64,000 bases of DNA, taken from positions 1 to 64,000 of the forward strand of contig JBGSVZ010000027.1 of the NCBI GenBank assembly GCA_041752695.1. The letters are read 5' to 3'. Positions within the stretch are counted from its first letter, which is position 1. Every line of letters begins with the position of its first letter. The notes under the pieces were generated by a model. It ran no database searches. It had not been told where the DNA came from and saw only the letters and a program-made list of their open reading frames with translations. This document shows, one piece after another, positions 60,802 to 64,000 of this stretch. A program made the position numbers and the translations under genes. The DNA comes from Terrimicrobiaceae bacterium (GTDB lineage: Bacteria; Verrucomicrobiota; Verrucomicrobiia; Chthoniobacterales; Terrimicrobiaceae).

Positions 60802-63042
60802 ATGAATCCCTCGACCCTGCCCGACGACGATTTTTACCCCTTGATCGAAGCCCGGCACGGCGACCCGTTCAAACTTCTGGGAATTCGCGAATTCCAGGGA
60901 AGTCTCTTCGGCCGCGTCTGGCGACCGGATGTCGCCGAGGTGACGCTGGTGGATGTTCATGATGATGCCCGGCGTTTCCCGCTGACCAAGGTCCATCCGG
61001 ATGGTTTCTTTGAATCCGTCCTGCGGGGTGTCGAGCAGCCCTTTGAATACCGCCTCGAGATGAAAAGCGCGGAGGGCGTTCCCTGGGTCGAGCGGGACGC
61101 GTATTCGTTCGGTCCGGTGCTCGGCGAGATGGACATCTACCTTTTCAACGAAGGCACCCATTACGAGGTTTATAAAAAACTCGGCGCGCATGTGATGGAG
61201 CATGGCGGAGTGCAGGGCACGCACTTTGCGGTTTGGGCACCGAATGCCCAGCGGGTGAGCGTGACGGGGGATTTTAATCACTGGGACGGACGCGTCCACC
61301 CCATGCGCAAGATGGTTCCGGCCGGCATCTGGGAAATTTTCCTGCCCGGGGTGGGCGAGGGGTCGCACTACAAATTTGAGATCCGCGGGCCTCACGGCGA
61401 GGTCTTCCTCAAGACCGACCCGATGGCCTTTTACGCGCAGCATGGAACGTCCACGGGCTGCATGGTTTTCGACTTGAACCGCTACGGCTGGAGCGATGCG
61501 GAGTGGATGAAAAAACGCGCCGAGGGCGACCCCTACAACTCCCCCATGAGCATTTACGAGGTGCATCTCGGGTCGTGGCAGCGCGTGGCCGAGGACGGCA
61601 ACCGCTACATGAGCTACCTGGAGCTGGCCGACCGCCTCATTCCTTACGCCAAGGAAATGGGATTCACCCATCTCGAATTGCTGCCCGTGATGGAACATCC
61701 CTTCGACGGCTCGTGGGGCTACCAGGTGGTGAACTACTACGCTCCCACCAGCCGCCATGGCAATCCCGACGAGTTCCGCAACTTTGTGGACCGCTGCCAC
61801 CAGGCAGGCCTCGGCGTGATCCTCGATTGGGTGCCCGGACATTTTCCGAAGGACGCCCATGGCCTTGCGAGGTTCGATGGCACCTGCCTTTACGAACATG
61901 AGGATCCCCGCCTCGGCGAACACATGGATTGGGGCACTCTCATTTTCAACTACGGCCGTAATGAGGTGAAAAATTTCCTCATCGGAAATGCCCTTTTCTG
62001 GCTCGACGAATACCACCTCGACGGTTTGCGAGTCGATGCCGTGGCCTCCATGTTGTACCTCGATTACTCCCGGAAGGCCGGCGAATGGGTGCCGAATTGT
62101 TTTGGCGGACGCGAGAACCTCGACGCGATCAGTTTTCTCAAACGCTGCAACGAGGTCTGCTATGAACGGTTCCCCGGCGTCGCCACGATTGCCGAGGAAT
62201 CCACCTCCTGGCCGGGCGTGTCGCGTCCGACGTACGCAGGCGGGCTGGGTTTCGGCTTCAAGTGGAACATGGGCTGGATGAACGACAGCCTGCGGTACAT
62301 CAGCAAGGAACCCGTTCACCGCCGCTTCCATCAGGGAGAGATCACCTTCTCCATGCTCTACGCCTTTCACGAGCATTTCATCCTCGTCCTCAGCCACGAC
62401 GAAGTCGTGCATGGCAAGGGGTCGCTCATCGATAAAATGCCCGGCGACGCGTGGCAGAAGTTCGCCAACGTCCGTATGTTTCTCGCCTGGATGTGGGCGC
62501 ATCCGGGGAAAAAACTCCTCTTCCAGGGTATCGAATTCGGCCAGTGGAAGGAATGGAAACACGACCAGAGCCTCGACTGGCACCTCACCGGCCTGGCGGC
62601 CCACGACGGCCTGCGCCGACTTGTTCAACACTTAAACTGGCTCTACACCCACGAGCCTGCCTTCTACGAACTCGACGATAGCTACGATGGATTCGAATGG
62701 ATCGATTTTAACGACAGCGACAACAGCGTCTGGTCCTTCATGCGGAAGGACCGCGCAGGCGGCGTGATCGTTTTTGTGGTCAATGCCACCCCGGTCGTCC
62801 GAGGCGGCTACCGTGTCGGAGTCAACGCCCCCGGCTTCTACGAGGAAATTCTCAACACCGATGCCGAAACCTACGGCGGCAGCAACGTCGGCAACTACGG
62901 TGGCCGGGAAGCCGAAAATTGGGCCTGGCAGGGAAAAACCCACTCGCTCCTCATCGATATCCCACCGCTGGCGGTCGCGGCTTTCAAACGAGCGGCCCCG
63001 GAATCGGTCCCCGTACCGTTGGAGGGTCAGCTCCTGGTCTGA
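60802..63042 (+). CDS. glgB: 1,4-alpha-glucan branching enzyme
   Basis: FAVWAPNA, YEVHLGSW, SWGYQ, DWVPGHF, RVDAVASM, AEEST, LSHDEVVHGK. Confidence 0.97.
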   Translation: MNPSTLPDDDFYPLIEARHGDPFKLLGIREFQGSLFGRVWRPDVAEVTLVDVHDDARRFPLTKVHPDGFFESVLRGVEQPFEYRLEMKSAEGVPWVERDAYSFGPVLGEMDIYLFNEGTHYEVYKKLGAHVMEHGGVQGTHFAVWAPNAQRVSVTGDFNHWDGRVHPMRKMVPAGIWEIFLPGVGEGSHYKFEIRGPHGEVFLKTDPMAFYAQHGTSTGCMVFDLNRYGWSDAEWMKKRAEGDPYNSPMSIYEVHLGSWQRVAEDGNRYMSYLELADRLIPYAKEMGFTHLELLPVMEHPFDGSWGYQVVNYYAPTSRHGNPDEFRNFVDRCHQAGLGVILDWVPGHFPKDAHGLARFDGTCLYEHEDPRLGEHMDWGTLIFNYGRNEVKNFLIGNALFWLDEYHLDGLRVDAVASMLYLDYSRKAGEWVPNCFGGRENLDAISFLKRCNEVCYERFPGVATIAEESTSWPGVSRPTYAGGLGFGFKWNMGWMNDSLRYISKEPVHRRFHQGEITFSMLYAFHEHFILVLSHDEVVHGKGSLIDKMPGDAWQKFANVRMFLAWMWAHPGKKLLFQGIEFGQWKEWKHDQSLDWHLTGLAAHDGLRRLVQHLNWLYTHEPAFYELDDSYDGFEWIDFNDSDNSVWSFMRKDRAGGVIVFVVNATPVVRGGYRVGVNAPGFYEEILNTDAETYGGSNVGNYGGREAENWAWQGKTHSLLIDIPPLAVAAFKRAAPESVPVPLEGQLLV

Positions 63043-63187
63043 CCCCATTCCGAACTGGACCCAACAATCGTCCCGCTCTCTTTGCCGCTCAAAGTCAGAA
63101 TTATGGAGAAAACTGACGGAATTGTGACAGAAAATCCGTTTGACTTTTGAGTAGGATGGAGTTGAATTTAACCCAGTTAACAAACTT

Positions 63188-63811
63188 ATGAAAAAGTCGC
63201 GTTCCCTCGCTTTCACCCTCATTGAACTGCTGGTGGTTATTTCCATCATCGGCATTCTCGCCGCTCTCGCTCTGCCTGCCATCACTGGCGCTCTGGCCCG
63301 CGGTCAGATGACCCAAACCCTCAGCAACTGCAAGCAGCTCCACCTTGCCACCCAGCAAATGGCGCTTGATGCCACCACCACGGGTGACACCAACCTCGGA
63401 TGGCCTGGCGATCTCGGTGGTGGAACACCAACGTTCAGCGCTTGGGCGACGAACATCACTGGTGGAAACTATCTGACGGCCAGCGATTTTGCGAAGCTTC
63501 TCTCCGCTCCTGCGGTCGTTGTTCCGGTTCCTGCTTCTAATGCGGTTCCGACCAAAAGTGCCATCCTCGTCTATGGCGTGGCGGAAAACAGCGAAGGAAA
63601 CACCGTGTTTCTTTCCTCGGCCAACTTCACCAACTCCGCTTCCGGCGGAACGGCTCTGGTCGCAACAGCCAAGCCTTACGGTAACAAAGGTTACATCGTC
63701 TTCCGCAAGGCAGGCGACGGAGCGATCCTTCAGTCCCGCCAGACAGGCTCGAGCTACACGAACATCATCGGTGGCTTCACAAACCTGCTCTCCGGTAATC
63801 CTACTCCCTAA
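63188..63811 (+). CDS. Prepilin-type N-terminal cleavage/methylation protein (candidate major pilin/pseudopilin)
   Basis: LA|FTLIELLVVISIIGILAAL; own promoter (TTGACT 63140-45) and strong terminator. Confidence 0.88.
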   Translation: MKKSRSLAFTLIELLVVISIIGILAALALPAITGALARGQMTQTLSNCKQLHLATQQMALDATTTGDTNLGWPGDLGGGTPTFSAWATNITGGNYLTASDFAKLLSAPAVVVPVPASNAVPTKSAILVYGVAENSEGNTVFLSSANFTNSASGGTALVATAKPYGNKGYIVFRKAGDGAILQSRQTGSSYTNIIGGFTNLLSGNPTP

Positions 63812-63829
63812 TTTACGTCTCGATCTTTC

Positions 63830-63868
63830 AAACCCCCTGTCACCGCAAGTGGCAGGGGGTTTTTCTTT
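63830..63868 (+). terminator. Rho-independent terminator
   Basis: AAACCCCCTGTCAC-CGCAA-GTGGCAGGGGGTTT followed by TTCTTT. Confidence 0.9.
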
Positions 63869-64000
63869 GGGAGGGTGAGGTTTTTCTGCTCGCCTGCCCG
63901 CCGGGAAGCTGCTAATCTCCCGAGCTCTTCATTCCACGCGGATGCCTCCGGCAGGCCGCGAAATCGTCCATCCCGACCTTAAACACCCAGCCATGAAAAC

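Noticed and set aside
63993..64000. ATG at the window edge as the start of a next gene
   Set aside because: Only 8 nt are visible, so it cannot be called.

Overview
GC-rich bacterial chromosome segment. The PEP-CTERM protein, the prepilin/H-Xn-DG protein, C-rich leaders without Shine-Dalgarno sequences and short heptamer/nonamer repeats suggest Verrucomicrobiota (inference). Housekeeping blocks are sucCD, pstSCAB-phoU with ppk2, an ars operon, metK-ahcY, anSME plus FGE, gltA, vapBC and glgB. Two accessory loci stand out. (1) 2.9-18.4 kb: an asnB/aldolase/dehydrogenase/GT2 operon next to five paralogous ~620-650 aa GT-C-type membrane glycosyltransferases. Three paralogs carry a heptamer repeat in the same N-terminal linker. 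Paralog 4 is frameshifted exactly at a perfect (AACATCC)3 tract, and 2 or 5 units would restore the frame. Paralogs 1 and 2 share a 68-bp inverted repeat around their divergent promoter region. This is a candidate phase-variable surface-glycosylation system and the best novelty candidate here. (2) 40-56 kb: a transporter-less glycan-utilisation locus with an ARH-family hydrolase, a GntR/LacI regulator, a PEP-CTERM protein, a pilin-like protein, a lyase, a GH5-SGNH fusion, a clan GH-A enzyme, and a GH136/LnbX-like beta-helix protein with a putative LnbY-like chaperone. No rRNA, tRNA, CRISPR array, integrase or transposase was recognised. All family calls come from motif reading, not database searches.
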